A stretch of DNA of 64,000 nucleotides from Pseudogymnoascus verrucosus (taxonomy: Eukaryota), in assembly GCA_001662655.1 (NCBI GenBank), contig KV460234.1. The stretch is one strand, 5' to 3'. Under the pieces are notes generated by a model, which made no database searches, was not told the origin of the DNA, and saw only the letters and a list, made by a program, of their open reading frames with translations. How positions within the stretch are numbered: position 1 is the first letter of the stretch; every line of letters begins with the position of its first letter. Below, in pieces: positions 1 to 12,820 of this stretch. Position numbers and translations under genes: made by a program.

Positions 1-646
1 TTTGAAATCAAACTTGCAGTCCCAGAAAACAAAGACGATGTTGGTTGTCTGAGAAAGGGACCAACACAAGGGTAAGGGCCCACACAAGGTGTAAGGCGTT
101 ACGGCTAGGCTAGCTTCAAGCCACTAATGTGCCTAAGCGATGAGATCTGTCGCTTTACAGTAGGCATGTAAGCAAGTAAACAACAAGCACGTTATCACAT
201 TTGATTACCTGCATTGTACTATACCCCCACCCTACGCACATATCGATGGGGGACTTTTGCAGCCGTGTAGGGACATGGGGAGTGTGCGAATAGGCTCCCA
301 AGTTTTTATGGTGGAGGTCGCGTTTTTTATTCCTATTGGCAAACGCCTCCTGGTCGATAATCAGCCACAACGTCTCCACCGACATGTGCGCAGGGCGAGG
401 GATAGTAGATTGATGAGCTTATCTGCTCAACCCGATCGCTGCAACTATACCAAAGTTCCACCTAGTACCAATGCTGACTGCGATCGATCTTACGGAGTAG
501 TAAAGGCACCCGGTGGTCAAGATGTTTGGTGTCTCTCTAAATCGTGCCATCTTGTACTGCTTGGGCTTGCACTTAACTTGCAGTGCCTTCGCTCTCCAAG
601 TTCTCACTTGCAACGTTGACTTCTATCCGCCTTCACTCCGTCAAAG

Positions 647-2279
647 ATGGCCCAGATGACCCTGGCCACCGCAATATCGGGCTTTGCGACCCTCTCAGTA
701 ACGGTCCTGACACTGACCGTGCTGTATTCCCTTAGTCTCGTTGTGTACCGGCTGTACCTGAGTCCGCTTGCACAATTCCCCGGGCCAAAACTGGCCGCCG
801 CCACCAACTGGTATCATAAGTACTTCGACCTATTAGCCAAGCGCCATGGGGGCCAGTTCCCGTTGGAAATCAAGCGCATGCATGAGAAGTACGGGCCGAT
901 CGTGCGAATCGCTCCCGATGAGCTTCACATCGACGACCCGGAATACTGGCAGGAGGTGTACTGCAACAGTAGCGCAGCAAGGCCTATAGACAAGCAAGAA
1001 AAACTGCAAGATCGTTTCGGTCTTCCCGATGCCATCTTCAGCACTCCCGGGGCGGAACTGCACCGCTCGCGGAGACAGGCAATGGCTGGCTTCTTTTCGC
1101 GCCAGCGCTTGCGCGAAACTCAGGACAGAGTCAACCAACTCGTCGACCGGGTCTCCCAGCGTTTATCGAAAGAGTATGCCGGCTGCAATCGCGTCCTCGA
1201 TATAGGCGATATGTTTTCGTCCCTGGCGGTTGACATAGTGACGGAACTGTGCTTCCGTCGCTGCACCAACTGTTCAGAGGCGCCAGACTTCAAGGCGCCG
1301 CTTGTTAACACGGTCATAAACAACATCTGGTTGAGCCACTGGAATGCGCACTTCAGATTTCTGATAAAGTGGATTGAACGGCTTCCAGATGCCGCTATCG
1401 CTACTTTGGTGCCTCTTATCAAACCGATCTTGGATCTCAAGGTCAGCATCGGCCAGCAGGTCGGTGAAATACTCTCAGAAATGGACAAGACTTCCATCGG
1501 CACGAAGGACTTCCGCGGCTCAGATCACGACACTATTTTCGATGAAATGCTCGCATCAAAGCTCCCATCTAATGAGCTCTCATCCGACCGACTGACTCAG
1601 GAGGCGATGGCCCTGACCACGGCGGGTGTGGAGACGGTGAAAGCAACCATTACCTTCGCTATTTTCCACGCCCTGGATAACCCCTCTATCGGAGCCCGTC
1701 TCAAGGCAGAACTGACGGAGGCTATACCCGATCCTGCCATCATCCCACGCTGGGTCGAGCTTGAAAGGCTACCCTATCTAACCGCTGTTATCAACGAAAG
1801 TGAGTCGTCAGATAATTGGCTCACCGCGTAGAAGCTGATATAATATAGGTTTGCGTTTGAGCTACGGTACGACGCAGCGTAGCCCAAGAATCAACAGGCT
1901 GCACCCCATGCAATACGGACAATGGGTCATCCCACCCGGGACGGCAGTCGGCATGGATTCTTACCATATGCACATCAATGCAGATGTATTCCCAGATCCA
2001 TTCGTCTTCCGTCCAGAGCGATGGCTGGATAATCCAAAGGGTCCAAATGGACGCCAACCATTGACGAACTACCTCACCACTTTTGGCGCTGGCTCTAGGA
2101 TATGCGTTGCCATGCATCTAGCTTACTTGGAGCTCTATGTGGCGCTTGCTGTCATGTTCCGTCGTCATGAGCTGCATCTCTTTGAGACTGATCGGTCTGA
2201 TGTGGACTTCGCTCTGGACATGGTAGCGCCCATGCCACGCCGGGACAGCAGAGGTGTGAGAGTGACGGTGAGCAAGTGA
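647..2279 (+). CDS. Cytochrome P450 (Tri4/CYP58-like secondary-metabolism type), 2 exons
   Basis: N-terminal membrane anchor, then PLAQFPGPKLAAAT, I-helix AGVET, ExLR formed across intron 1800-1848 (GTGAGT..TAG), PERW and heme motif FGAGSRICVAMHLA. Confidence 0.93.
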
Positions 2280-2970
2280 ACACTGTGGGAGGAGTTTTAT
2301 CGGCTTCTCCTATAGAATCCGTATATTAGCTCTAGCATATTAAATAAAAAGTTTTACTTGTTAAACCCATAAAGACTATGAAGTGTCTGATATGTCATTA
2401 TATTATTGTTTATATAAAGGAGAAAGGAAGAAGCCTAGAGGTTAAGGAGACCATGTGGTGCTACTACAACAGCCCCTAGGTTGACAGAAATGAAGGCCAT
2501 CCTCATCTAACAAAAAGGTGTCTAAGCAATCTAAACCAGATTAGAGTCAGAGTAAGTCTGACGATAGCAAACCAGGGCCGAATAAGCCTCGAAGGTCTAA
2601 AAGGCTAGAGGCCAAGAGGCTTAAAGAACCTGCGTTGCATTGAGATTTACTTATAACCTAACGTAGTTAACGTGCATCCCTCGTCGAGATCTGCACCCCG
2701 TTACGAGACAGACATCGGTACTTTGAATTTAATTGATTCTAAATTTGTGAACCCATTGAAAATTCCGGTATTTTTATGTTAATGATGTCGCCGCCACAGC
2801 TATTTTATTGCTCGTAATGCTTTCATCGCGAACTACCTAGCTTGCTGTCGTCCATTCCCATCGAAGACATGTTACCTCCACCACGAGACTAATAGCAGTG
2901 TTAGGTGTACGATCGTTTGATATTTCTGGGACTATAGATATGAGAAGGCTGCGAGTCAAGCCTACGAGAC

Positions 2971-3018
2971 GCCAAGAGTCCAAGCTTAGGACATGCCAAG
3001 AATCCAAGCTTGGGACAC
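2971..3018. repeat. 24-bp tandem duplication in degenerate intergenic DNA
   Basis: GCCAAGAGTCCAAGCTTAGGACAT followed by GCCAAGAATCCAAGCTTGGGACAC. Confidence 0.8.
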
Positions 3019-3173
3019 AGAGGTCATCACACAAGGCCCTCTTTTTGCGGCAGGCTTATAGATGAAGGCGAGTTTGGTGTCGCTATTTTTAGCCTGTGTA
3101 CTAGCTAGTGGTATATATAGGGCTTCGCACCCATAGTTACTGTAACGAATTTGCAATACATTGCGACTAGCTA

Positions 3174-5328
3174 CTATTTCTTGTCATCTTCAGAAAAAGC
3201 CAGCTTTGACAACGGATCAGCCAGCTTTGACAAAGTATCGGCATCAACGGTCGTCGGAGGAACCCATAACGCGGGGTTCTTGAGGAAAAAATTTGACGCA
3301 CGCATCATTATGCTGACTGGCTCAGCAGGCATAATAGGGAAGTCCTCTGTGCGGGGGAAATGCGTGATACCGAATTGTAAGAAGCATACAATGTCAGTGT
3401 TCTCAATGGGCTCGTCTCTTTCTGCCCAGTCGACTACCGTCTCATTCTGTGGATGTCCGATTGTCCCCTGTGATTGACTGACATAATCACCGGCGGGGAA
3501 CAGCTCATAGTCCCGATACGGCGTAACCCAGAGAGTCTTGCGTGCAAAGCCTGCACGCTTCCAAACGATACTCCCGGGTTTGGCTAACAGAGGGGCGCTT
3601 TCCCGACTAACGATTTTATACGATACTGGTTTCTTCGCAACAGGGTGGAGGACGTTCGGGTTGACAATATCCCATGTTCGGCTAGTCTCGTGGCAGTATT
3701 GTGCGGCGCCCTCTTTGCTTGTTCTCAATGGAGTCTTTTTGCTGTAGAAAGCGTTTCCGTAGTAATTTCCTGGCGATCCGACAGCATCATCCGCCGCTAC
3801 AGCATCACACTGTATCACGGTATTATTCGGACCGTCTATCTCTGAATCTATGCGTAACGAGAAGATGTGTTGGTGGTTGTGGGCGGTCACGCGTCTTGCA
3901 ACTTCGGTACCGTATGGTGCGGCTTCCTCTGACGGATGCAGGGGATAGGTATTAAGCATTCCAGTTAGCTTCACCTCAAGTTGGTATGTGCCATCCAAAT
4001 GGAAAATATGATAGAAACCGTACTCGTAATTTGCTGCTGTGATGATCTGAGAAATGATGAGCTTCCTATCACGTGCTGAGATGACTCTCCCATCACGGAA
4101 ATCTGTATGTTTGTAGAGCAAACCGTTGTCCTCTTCGTGGATGCAGATGGCGTTCTTGACAACTGCGGCCTCACCTGTAGATATTGCCATAACTCCGTCA
4201 AGATAGTGGATCGCCCCCTTGCAATCACATCCTAACTTGAGCGAGTTGGTCATGAATCCCGTCCCATATTCACCGACATCAAAAGCGTGTTTCCTGTGAT
4301 GAGGTGGCTCAGGACATCCATAGGGGACTACCATCTCCACTATGCTTATCCTGTTGAAGAGAGTCCGCTCTCGATTTTCGTAAGGATCATCAACGCGGAT
4401 GTCGGAAAGAACGATACCTTCACGGTAGTTAAAACCAACGTGCATACTGAAACCACACCAAGACAGCTCATTTCCGTCTATAGAGAACGAGACTCCCTCA
4501 GGTTGGGTAACATTGATTGGCTTTAATCTTTCCGGTTTGTACGCATTGCTAACGAACTCGGGAAGATAATTGTGTTCGTCCATGGGTACAGCAGTTCTCT
4601 CTCCGTTCACTCGGCGAATGTCGACACTCAGGATTTCCTTCTTCTCAGTATCAACGACAACACTGAAGTCCAGGGGATGTGCGTATTGGTTGTCGTGTTC
4701 TGAGCTGCGGTAATATGCGAGACCTTGCTGAAGCCGGGTATCGAATCCCCAGCGTTCCTCGTGTCCGATAGACCATGCGTCAACATAGACCTTTGACATA
4801 TCGGTGATTCCAATCTCACGGCATGCCTCAATCACACGAGGATCACTTCGCGTAAGACTCTCGGTGAAATCGAGGTCTTCGAGGGTCAATGTAGGCATGA
4901 CATCCGTCATTTGTTTCCAGTCTTCCACACTGTTGTGGGTGAGGTTGACAATGACTTCAGCACAATTTGAAGAACCTGTCTCGAATACAATTGCAATCGC
5001 CTTTCGGTCTGGCCGAGGGCCTCCAGCGGAGCGGAATGCTGCATATTCCTTCTTTGGAGGCTCACGTAACGTGATCGAGTTGAACTTGATTTGCCGAGGG
5101 TTTGCATGATTGCGTATCAGCTTTGTAACAACAGGTATTTCAGTGACCGTGAGCTGATCTAAAGGGTATAGTTAGTGTATACTCAATAACATCTATTGTT
5201 GTCATCTAATTACCCAAGGGATGGTTGGGCTTGGTTGTGGATGTCGATGGGATTGAAGAGCAGCATTTGGTATCTGCTGGTTGGCGGTAAATGGCATAGC
5301 CAGGAATGGATGCAGTGTCAGTCTCCAT
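3174..5328 (-). CDS. Copper-containing (TPQ) amine oxidase
   Basis: ATG at 5328 and intron 5213-5159 give the N-terminal HPLDQL. TPQ consensus TAANYEY, copper ligands HNHQH and THFPRTEDFPIMP are present. Confidence 0.95.
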
Positions 5329-5429
5329 ATTGTAAGTATTTTATGATGTAGTTCAGATACGTAAAAAAGAGGATGGAGCCACTCTTTATAATGTTACCAC
5401 ATTCACAAACAAAAATCTATGGCACGTGA

Positions 5430-6490
5430 TTTATCGCCAGGACTTGCCTATCATGGTTCCTTCGAGGGCTCCGTTTCTAGGGGAGCATGAGTAGAACGAG
5501 GCGCACTTCACACTAAACCAATACCAAGTAAAGTATTAGCACTTGTGCTTAACCCACACTTAGTCTGAGGCTGTTTACCATTAAACCGCCTTGAAAAGAC
5601 AACACATTGTTTCCTAATGTGGGAACACTTCCAAAGAGGAAATTGCCAATAAGAGGAATCTAAATATTAGATAAAGGGCAAAGACGGGCTGATATGGCTG
5701 GAGTTTCCTTTATGAACATAGCAGGTCGGAATTATTTGAGCTTCCATAAGATTCCCTCCGATGATTCCGAACTGCTACGTTCCTTTCCGTACTTGTAATC
5801 TGCGGTTTTTCATAAACTAATTGGCCACAATCTGGAGTTCCGTTGAGCACAAAGCAGTACAAGACAGACTATTCCGCTATAGGCAGGTGTATATATGATA
5901 ATGGTATCAGACATATATGGAGATGCAGGGCGGGGTAGAATGTAGTAGCGCAAGTGTTGTTGGAGATTGTCAACTCGAATAAATTTCTCTTGAGAGGAAA
6001 GCCAAGCAAAATCTGCCAATCGTGGTTTACCCCACAATCAGACTCGTAGATGGCTAAGCTAGTCCTAATAAAGTAACTGCAGGAGATATGACATCTATAG
6101 CGCCTCTAGCGCCTCTAGCGCGCCCCCACTTTTTCTTTATCTTCGAGTTACTTTATTCCGCTAAGCTTTCCCCGCAAATCCACGCAAAATGAATACCGAA
6201 ATTCTAAAACCCGTCAGACTCGAGCACCACGGAATGCGAGTGGCAAGATAAGAATACTGCGCTGGACCCTGCATTTCACAGATTATAAATGTAGACTACG
6301 CTACATATAGCAATTTGAGGAGATGTGTTCGTCTGCAAGATTACGTCTGCAAGATTATCAGCGAGCTTTGTAGCCGTTGTATAGTCCAGGATCTGGGGAA
6401 ACGCGATATGGCCCCTGAAGCCGCACGCCGGAATCTGGGGTACTGATAATGGTAGAGGCTGTATCACTCGTCTTGATGCTTTCTATCAAA
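5430..6490. promoter_or_regulatory. Bidirectional promoter with clustered GATA (AreA/NIT2-type) sites and CGGAAT motifs
   Basis: HGATAR sites near 5431, 5448, 5669, 5896, 6137, 6246, 6355, 6444 and 6483. CGGAAT/ATTCCG at 5727, 5764, 5871, 6155, 6230 and 6429. Confidence 0.55.
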
Positions 6491-6671
6491 GTATAAGGAA
6501 ACCACCCTCTCTGGGTTGTTGCTTACTTTCAATTACTTTCTATACCGAATATTCATTGAATTCTCGCATGACAAGTTTACATCATTCCATACGAACCTTG
6601 AGATTCCACATTACTATATCTCCTTACATATACATTCGGATTGGCGCCATATCGCCAACACCGCCATTATC

Positions 6672-8279
6672 ATGGGCGCTGAAACTCATCATCATATTGA
6701 AAACACAACGAAAGCCCTCGACGACGTCGACGAGAACACTCAAGATGCCCTCGATTTAGCTGCCATGGGCCATGAGCAATCGCTCATACGAAAGTTCAAC
6801 ATATGGAGCATGCTCGCACTCGCCTTCAGCGTCTTGGGTACCTGGGCAGTCTTCGCCCAAGATCTTGCGATCGGCTTGGCCAATGGAGGGTCCATCACCA
6901 TCCTCTGGGGCCTATGTCTCGTCACATTCTGCAATCTTTGTGTTGCCGTCTCTCTGGGCGAGATGTGTAGCGCTATGCCCACTGCGCTTGGGCAGGCCTA
7001 TTGGATCCATCGCCTTCTTAATACACCACGCGGAAGGTTCATTTCGTACATGTGTGCGTGGATAAACACATTCGGTTGGTGGGCTCTCAATGCGTCGCAG
7101 ATTGCTTTTATGACAAATTTCGTTCTGGCAATAAAGACTATATTTGACAGCGACTGGGAAGGTGGTACTAAAGGTTGGCTGCAATTTGTCGTCTATGTTG
7201 GCATCACAATTTTGTTCACTGTTGTAAATGCCGTTGCATGCCGGAGAGATGCTGTTCTCCCATGGTTCAATAACATCGTCGCTATTCAATTTGGTGGCCT
7301 ATTTATCGTCATCTCACTGGCTATGCTTATCTCTGTTGGTACACGCATGGACTTGCATTTCCAGTCTGGAGCTTTTGTGTTTGGCACATGGGTTAATCAG
7401 ACTGGCTGGCCAGATGGAATTACATGGTTCACCGGTCTCATTCAGGCAGCATATGGTTTAACAGCTTTCGATTCTGCGATTCACATGGTTGAAGAGCTCC
7501 CTTCACCTCGAACGAATGCGCCTCGAGTCATGTACCTTGCTGTTATTTCCGGCGCTGTATCTGGTGGACTTTTCATGGTAGTTTGCTTGTTCTGTATCCA
7601 AGACCTAGACAGCATTCTCAACTCCGACCTGCCATTTATACAATTGGTCACTGGCGTAGTTGGTCAGGGTGGTGGTGCAGCTTTGATCATTTTGTTCGTG
7701 ATCAATGGATTGGGACAAGGGGTTAGCGTCATGACGACGGCGTCACGTCTTACCTGGGGCTTTGCCCGCGATGGAGGGTTGCCTTGGAGCCAATACTTCT
7801 CGAATGTGAACAAGACGTGGAAGGTTCCCATTCGGGTTTTGTGGGCGAACGGAGTCATTGCCGCCTTAATTGGCACTCTCTACCTCTTCTCGAATACCGT
7901 GCTGGAGGCAATCGTGAGTGTCAGCACCATTGCACTCACGATATCGTATGCGATGCCAATCTTGACGCTTGTCATTGTGGGCCGAGACAAGCTTCCACCC
8001 GGAAAATTCATGCTTGGTCGTTGGGGATATTTGATAAATTGGATCAGCATTGTATACTGCTGTATTACAACTTTTTTTTTCTTTTTTCCAGGCGCACCTA
8101 ACCCAGCTCCGGCGGACATGAACTATGCCATTGCCGTGTTTGGGGTCATGCTCATAATTTCGGTGTTGTTTTGGTTCTTCGGAGGGAAACGGACCTACTT
8201 ACGAACGGATGGAGCTATGCGGGAGGTCTTCCTTGCAACGCAGCTTGAGAACGGTAGAGATAAGGTAGCGAAGGATTAA
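6672..8279 (+). CDS. APC-superfamily amino acid/choline/GABA-type permease
   Basis: About 12 hydrophobic segments. Family-typical motifs SLGEMCSAMPTALGQAYW, FDSAIHMVEE and SRLTWGFARDGGLPWS. No intron seen; ATG at 6672. Confidence 0.92.
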   Translation: MGAETHHHIENTTKALDDVDENTQDALDLAAMGHEQSLIRKFNIWSMLALAFSVLGTWAVFAQDLAIGLANGGSITILWGLCLVTFCNLCVAVSLGEMCSAMPTALGQAYWIHRLLNTPRGRFISYMCAWINTFGWWALNASQIAFMTNFVLAIKTIFDSDWEGGTKGWLQFVVYVGITILFTVVNAVACRRDAVLPWFNNIVAIQFGGLFIVISLAMLISVGTRMDLHFQSGAFVFGTWVNQTGWPDGITWFTGLIQAAYGLTAFDSAIHMVEELPSPRTNAPRVMYLAVISGAVSGGLFMVVCLFCIQDLDSILNSDLPFIQLVTGVVGQGGGAALIILFVINGLGQGVSVMTTASRLTWGFARDGGLPWSQYFSNVNKTWKVPIRVLWANGVIAALIGTLYLFSNTVLEAIVSVSTIALTISYAMPILTLVIVGRDKLPPGKFMLGRWGYLINWISIVYCCITTFFFFFPGAPNPAPADMNYAIAVFGVMLIISVLFWFFGGKRTYLRTDGAMREVFLATQLENGRDKVAKD

Positions 8280-8841
8280 ATGTACCTAAATTTATATATT
8301 CAGCGTTTTTAGGAATTTATCTGTAAAATATTATTATTTGTGCCACCACGCCCCTGTTTACGGGTGGCGTGACATGGGCGACCCTTTTGCTGGGTTTCTA
8401 CGGGTTGGGTCTAATGCCAGACTGAGCTCCATCGAAGGAATTAGCCAGAGCCATCAATGACCAAGAGAGCAAAAATCTTCAAAAGAGCGAAGAGAGTCAA
8501 GAGATCCGAGAGAGCTACGAAAGAATGAAAGTGAGCCAAGATCGACGATATACGGCAAGTGGGGGGGTTTACTGAGTGCCACGTAAATGAATAAGAGGAT
8601 GCACATAATACCGGAAATACCCGCCGTATGTTCTGACCTTTAAATTCTCGTACGGACCAGGCGATGGATGACATATTTTTGACGCTGCAGACGTGATCTC
8701 TCCGGCTCCGCCTGGAGTTGTTTCTACAGCGGTCCGGGTTCATTTTTTTGGACGACGGCGCGTTCCCCACATACCTGACTCTTACCATTCTAAATCCTCC
8801 AGTGTTATACAAACCAAACGCTTAAACGAGACCACAGACAA

Positions 8842-10448
8842 TTAGAAGCCCGCTAACATAGGATCTTTCACGATGTACTCCTCTACCAATTTAGACGCCT
8901 TCCTTGACATGCTGAAGTTACACCAATACCCCTCATCAGTTTTGCACATGACAGTCGAATTGACTATAAGAAACAATATTAGCAAGTCATCCTTGGTTAA
9001 CATGCAGAGGGGTGCCAATGTTGCAAATGTCCTTACATCGCTGCGGCCTACTTGCTGTCCCGCTATCCCCAAAGACAAACGCCTTCACGGGCGCGCCCGC
9101 ATCGCGCTCCCTTTCATCCTCCTTGACAGCAGGAGAGAAATCCAATTCCCTCCATGCGGCAGACCAGTTCGTGACGAAATAGGACTTTTCAAATGGGCGG
9201 ATGATATGGGACCCTTGCCCGCGGCGTACCATTTCCTGCATGACGGCGATGCTGATACCGATGTCTCGTGGATCGGTCGCCTCAATGATGGCTTTGCGGG
9301 TATGGTATGCAATCTCACTAAGCGGTGTAGATTTGCTCATGGGGAAGCGGGCAGTGCTGTATGCTAGCGCGTTGTGGACAAAAGCGTCACGGTTCTGGTC
9401 TAGCTGCGGGAGGCGACCGCGGACTTTTGAGGGGGGGCATTCGCGTCAGTAAATGGGTTCGAGATGCTGGATGCGGAATAGAGCTTACTGTTTACAGTTT
9501 GAGAGAACGATAGCATCTGAGGGAGCTCATAGCCCATCCGAGTGAACTAGTAATATCGTGAGTGACTGGTCAATGAGTATCATTAACGTAAGTGGGAGGG
9601 CATACCTTTAGAAGGATACCAGACACGATGTCGCCGTTAGTTATGCCAGGATTTTCACCATACTTCTCCGCCAATTCCTTGCCATATCGCTCACGTAGAG
9701 ATTCCACCAGCGGAACAGGAATGAAAACAGTGTAGGCGTCCTCTACCCGATCTCGAATAAGCTCGGGGATTAATCCCAATATAACAAGTGGGTACTCCCC
9801 CCACCTCCTTACCGCCACTCGTCCCTTTCTCTTCACATCCTGCGGTAAATAGTCGGCGTAGTCTTTCATGTTTGCGAAAATATCGTTCTTGACCCCAACC
9901 ATCGGGGGTGGCGATACGCCTCCGATTATACCCATCCATGCCTTGATGATGTTCGCTAGCCCAAGCTGATCCCCAAACACATGCGGCACACTGAGGGCGA
10001 TGACGGTGGCATCCACAAAGAGAGACACTTGAGCGTAGATCAAGGGCTTGTCCAGTTCATCGCGCTCGCAGTCTAGCGGCCAATCCGCCGGTCTGAACCA
10101 TTCCTCTATGGTGCGGATATGAGGGAGTAACGCAATTCCCTTTTCAGGAGCAGTGGGTCTCGGGAATGACGGAACTTTCTCTATAGAGTGGTCGTACTGC
10201 TTAGAAGTCCAGTTGAACAGCGCATAATTGTCATCGAACGTCAGTGGGAGGTGATATTCAAGCTGTCCATCGTCCCTTCGTGGCGCAAATCTCGCACCCA
10301 ACTTCTGCCAGTGGTCGCGAATGAGGGTATCTAAGGAATTCCTGAGAATCTCTTCGTCGAGGTGATCATTCAAAACGAAGAAGGTCCGCGTGCGGATGCT
10401 AGTTATAGGCTTCTGTTGGTCGGTTGGGGGAATTGGGATTATATCCAT
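8842..10448 (-). CDS. CoA-dependent acyltransferase-fold (HxxxD) protein, 4 exons
   Basis: HVFGD catalytic-type motif. Introns at 9605-9547, ~9488-9425 and ~9035-8965 join the ORF pieces through NIRGR and TNWSAA..LDFSPAV to the C-terminal GYW. Confidence 0.8.
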
Positions 10449-11123
10449 TGTTCTTTCTGTGCAGTTGACATTAAGACATGGAATTTTTAGAGAAGAACTG
10501 ATACTAGTAAGCCTTATATATGTAAATTAGCTATACGCCGAATCTGACGTAAGTTTAACTCATTAGACTTAGTAATGTTACAGGTTGAACTTGTGAAGTA
10601 GTCGGATCCTTGTATAGTGGATATCCTATCCGAATCCATGTGTATATCCACTTTTCGTGTTCGCACCTAAATGAACTGTTATAGTGTACAGCTTACTGTA
10701 CTGTACTTCGTACTGTAACTATAAGGTAGATACAGTAAGGAAGGTGTACGTGGTGTACGTGGTGAACGTGAGTAAGGCGGAAATCGAGTCCAAAATTAAC
10801 AGATTAGGACCATGGCTTATTCGTATCTTCAGTCGCTGATTGGTTGTGGGAGGCTAGCAATTCAGCGTTCCTGGCAGTTGAATGGAATCTATGGAACTAA
10901 TAGCGACCTACAATCTCACGTCAGCAAATGAATTTTCCCATGTTCCTAATTTGTCTCCCAAGTCTATCCAATCTCAATGCGTACTTACGTCCGTATTCGT
11001 AATCATACCTTACAGAATAAAAACGATTGATTACCTTTGGGGTGCTAGTCCATTACCATATCAACATATCAAGTCTACAGCATCACTTCCTTCCTCGCCA
11101 GCGCCAAAAATCGTGACCATAAC

Positions 11124-12409
11124 ATGACCGTGCGTGTTGACGTAGGGGAACATGCATATTCCGCCACATTATGGGAATGGATTGTTCTCCTCTCAAAGGC
11201 GACCGCGATAAGTAAGTACTGGACAGGAGAATGTGACCCATCACTAACACACTAGCTTTCCGACTCATGTTGAAAGCCGCAAAGGCAGGCCGACGTGACC
11301 AGAAGAATGGCTTGACTTTCCACCAGTACATCGCATACCAAGGAATGCGCGACTACCAGTGCGGTCTAGATGCAGTCGCTATCCAAAACCTGCTTCCCTC
11401 GACGTCTAAGACTTGCGAAGGATTCGCCAGTAGGCACAGGATCGCGAACTCAACTATTCGGCTTCCTTGCGGGACGACTGCCCAATGGCTCGGGCCCCGC
11501 AACGCGCTCAAGGTCGTAGTCCTCTTCCATGGCGGTGGCTACATGTCGCCGGCGCTCAGCGAGCATGTCTCGCTCGCATTCGGCATGTCGGATCCCTCTC
11601 GACGAGACGCTGCAGTTGTGGTTTTGTCATATAGTAAGTACCTCACCCAGCCACCCCCTAGCAATTCTGCCTAGATCAAGTTTGATTCAACGATGCCAAT
11701 TCCCTCACCTCGCAGATCTCGCCTGTGAGAGCGCCAATCGCTATCCACGCCAGCTGCAACAGGCCGTTGCATTGCTCGGCCATCTCCTTCACGTGGAGAA
11801 GGTATTGCCATCTTCGATTACCCTGCTCGGTGACTCGGCTGGTGCTCATCTATTACTAAGTCTCGTCTTGCATCTGAGCCATCCAAACCCACTGGTGACA
11901 CCGCTCAAATTCTCGGGCAGATTATCCGGCGCCGTCCTCGTTTCGCCGTGGGTCACCATGGATACGTCTGCGGCGTCAATGCAGCTCAACAAAGATAAGG
12001 ACGTGCTAAGCGCCAGTTCCCTCGAATACTGGGCACAGAATTTCTTAGGCGGCGCGGATTATGACTCCTGGAATACGCCAACTATGGCGCCAGAGGAGTG
12101 GTGGGGGGATTTGCTGGTAGATGACATCCTCGTCCTATATGGACACGATGAACTACTGCGTGACGATACTCTCATATTCTGTGAGAGACTGCGAGTAAGT
12201 GCATGCTGGTGTTCTCTGGAGCACATTTGTTACAGTACTCACGCTGCATATAGGCTGGCCATGCGAAAACAACCGTGTTGGACTTCCCCGGTGAAGCCCA
12301 TGTGCACATGCTAATGAATCGGTTCCTGCGTATTAATAAACCTTGCAAGTCGGAGGAAACGCTTGTTAACTGGATGGATAGTCATCTAGGAGACGGCGAC
12401 TGTGTTTAA
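11124..12409 (+). CDS. Alpha/beta hydrolase (HSL-like esterase/lipase), 4 exons
   Basis: HGGGY oxyanion motif, GDSAG nucleophile elbow, D and H of the triad (DELLRDD, GEAHVH). GT-AG introns near 11212, 11634 and 12195. Confidence 0.88.
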
Positions 12410-12820
12410 ATCCATAATAGGAACTAAGAACTAGTGCCACATGGTGAGAACTCGACCCAAATCGACGGCTACTAGATTAAGGGTTAAGCGGCAGGGAAGA
12501 AACCGAGAAGGGACGAGGAGGTAGAAGGAGGACGAGAGAAAGATGACAAGGGCAAGAACTGTCTTTGCACTGCTTAGTACAGACTAACTAGCTCGCCCTG
12601 AAATTCTTGCCATTCTCGAGAAGGGATAACTTGCTGGTGCATTCCTAGAGCGGCTCCATTGTATTTGCACAGCTTCACATTTAGTCTTCACAGTTGCCAG
12701 ACAGCTAGTAGTTTCTTTGAGAGATTATAAGCTTCAAAGGTATCTAGACTAAAAGCACAAACACTTATCGAACTCCTCTCAAAGCTCAAGAGATCCTCCA
12801 CCAAAAAAAGAGAATAAATA

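Noticed and set aside
3190..3240. SKL tripeptides near the amine oxidase C-terminus as a PTS1 signal
   Set aside because: They come from a short internal duplication (LSKLADPLSKLAF) and are not terminal; the protein ends EDDKK.
8339..8374. Small GC-rich hairpin ending CGTGACA as an LTR or Helitron end
   Set aside because: No partner LTR, target-site duplication or CTRR terminus could be identified.
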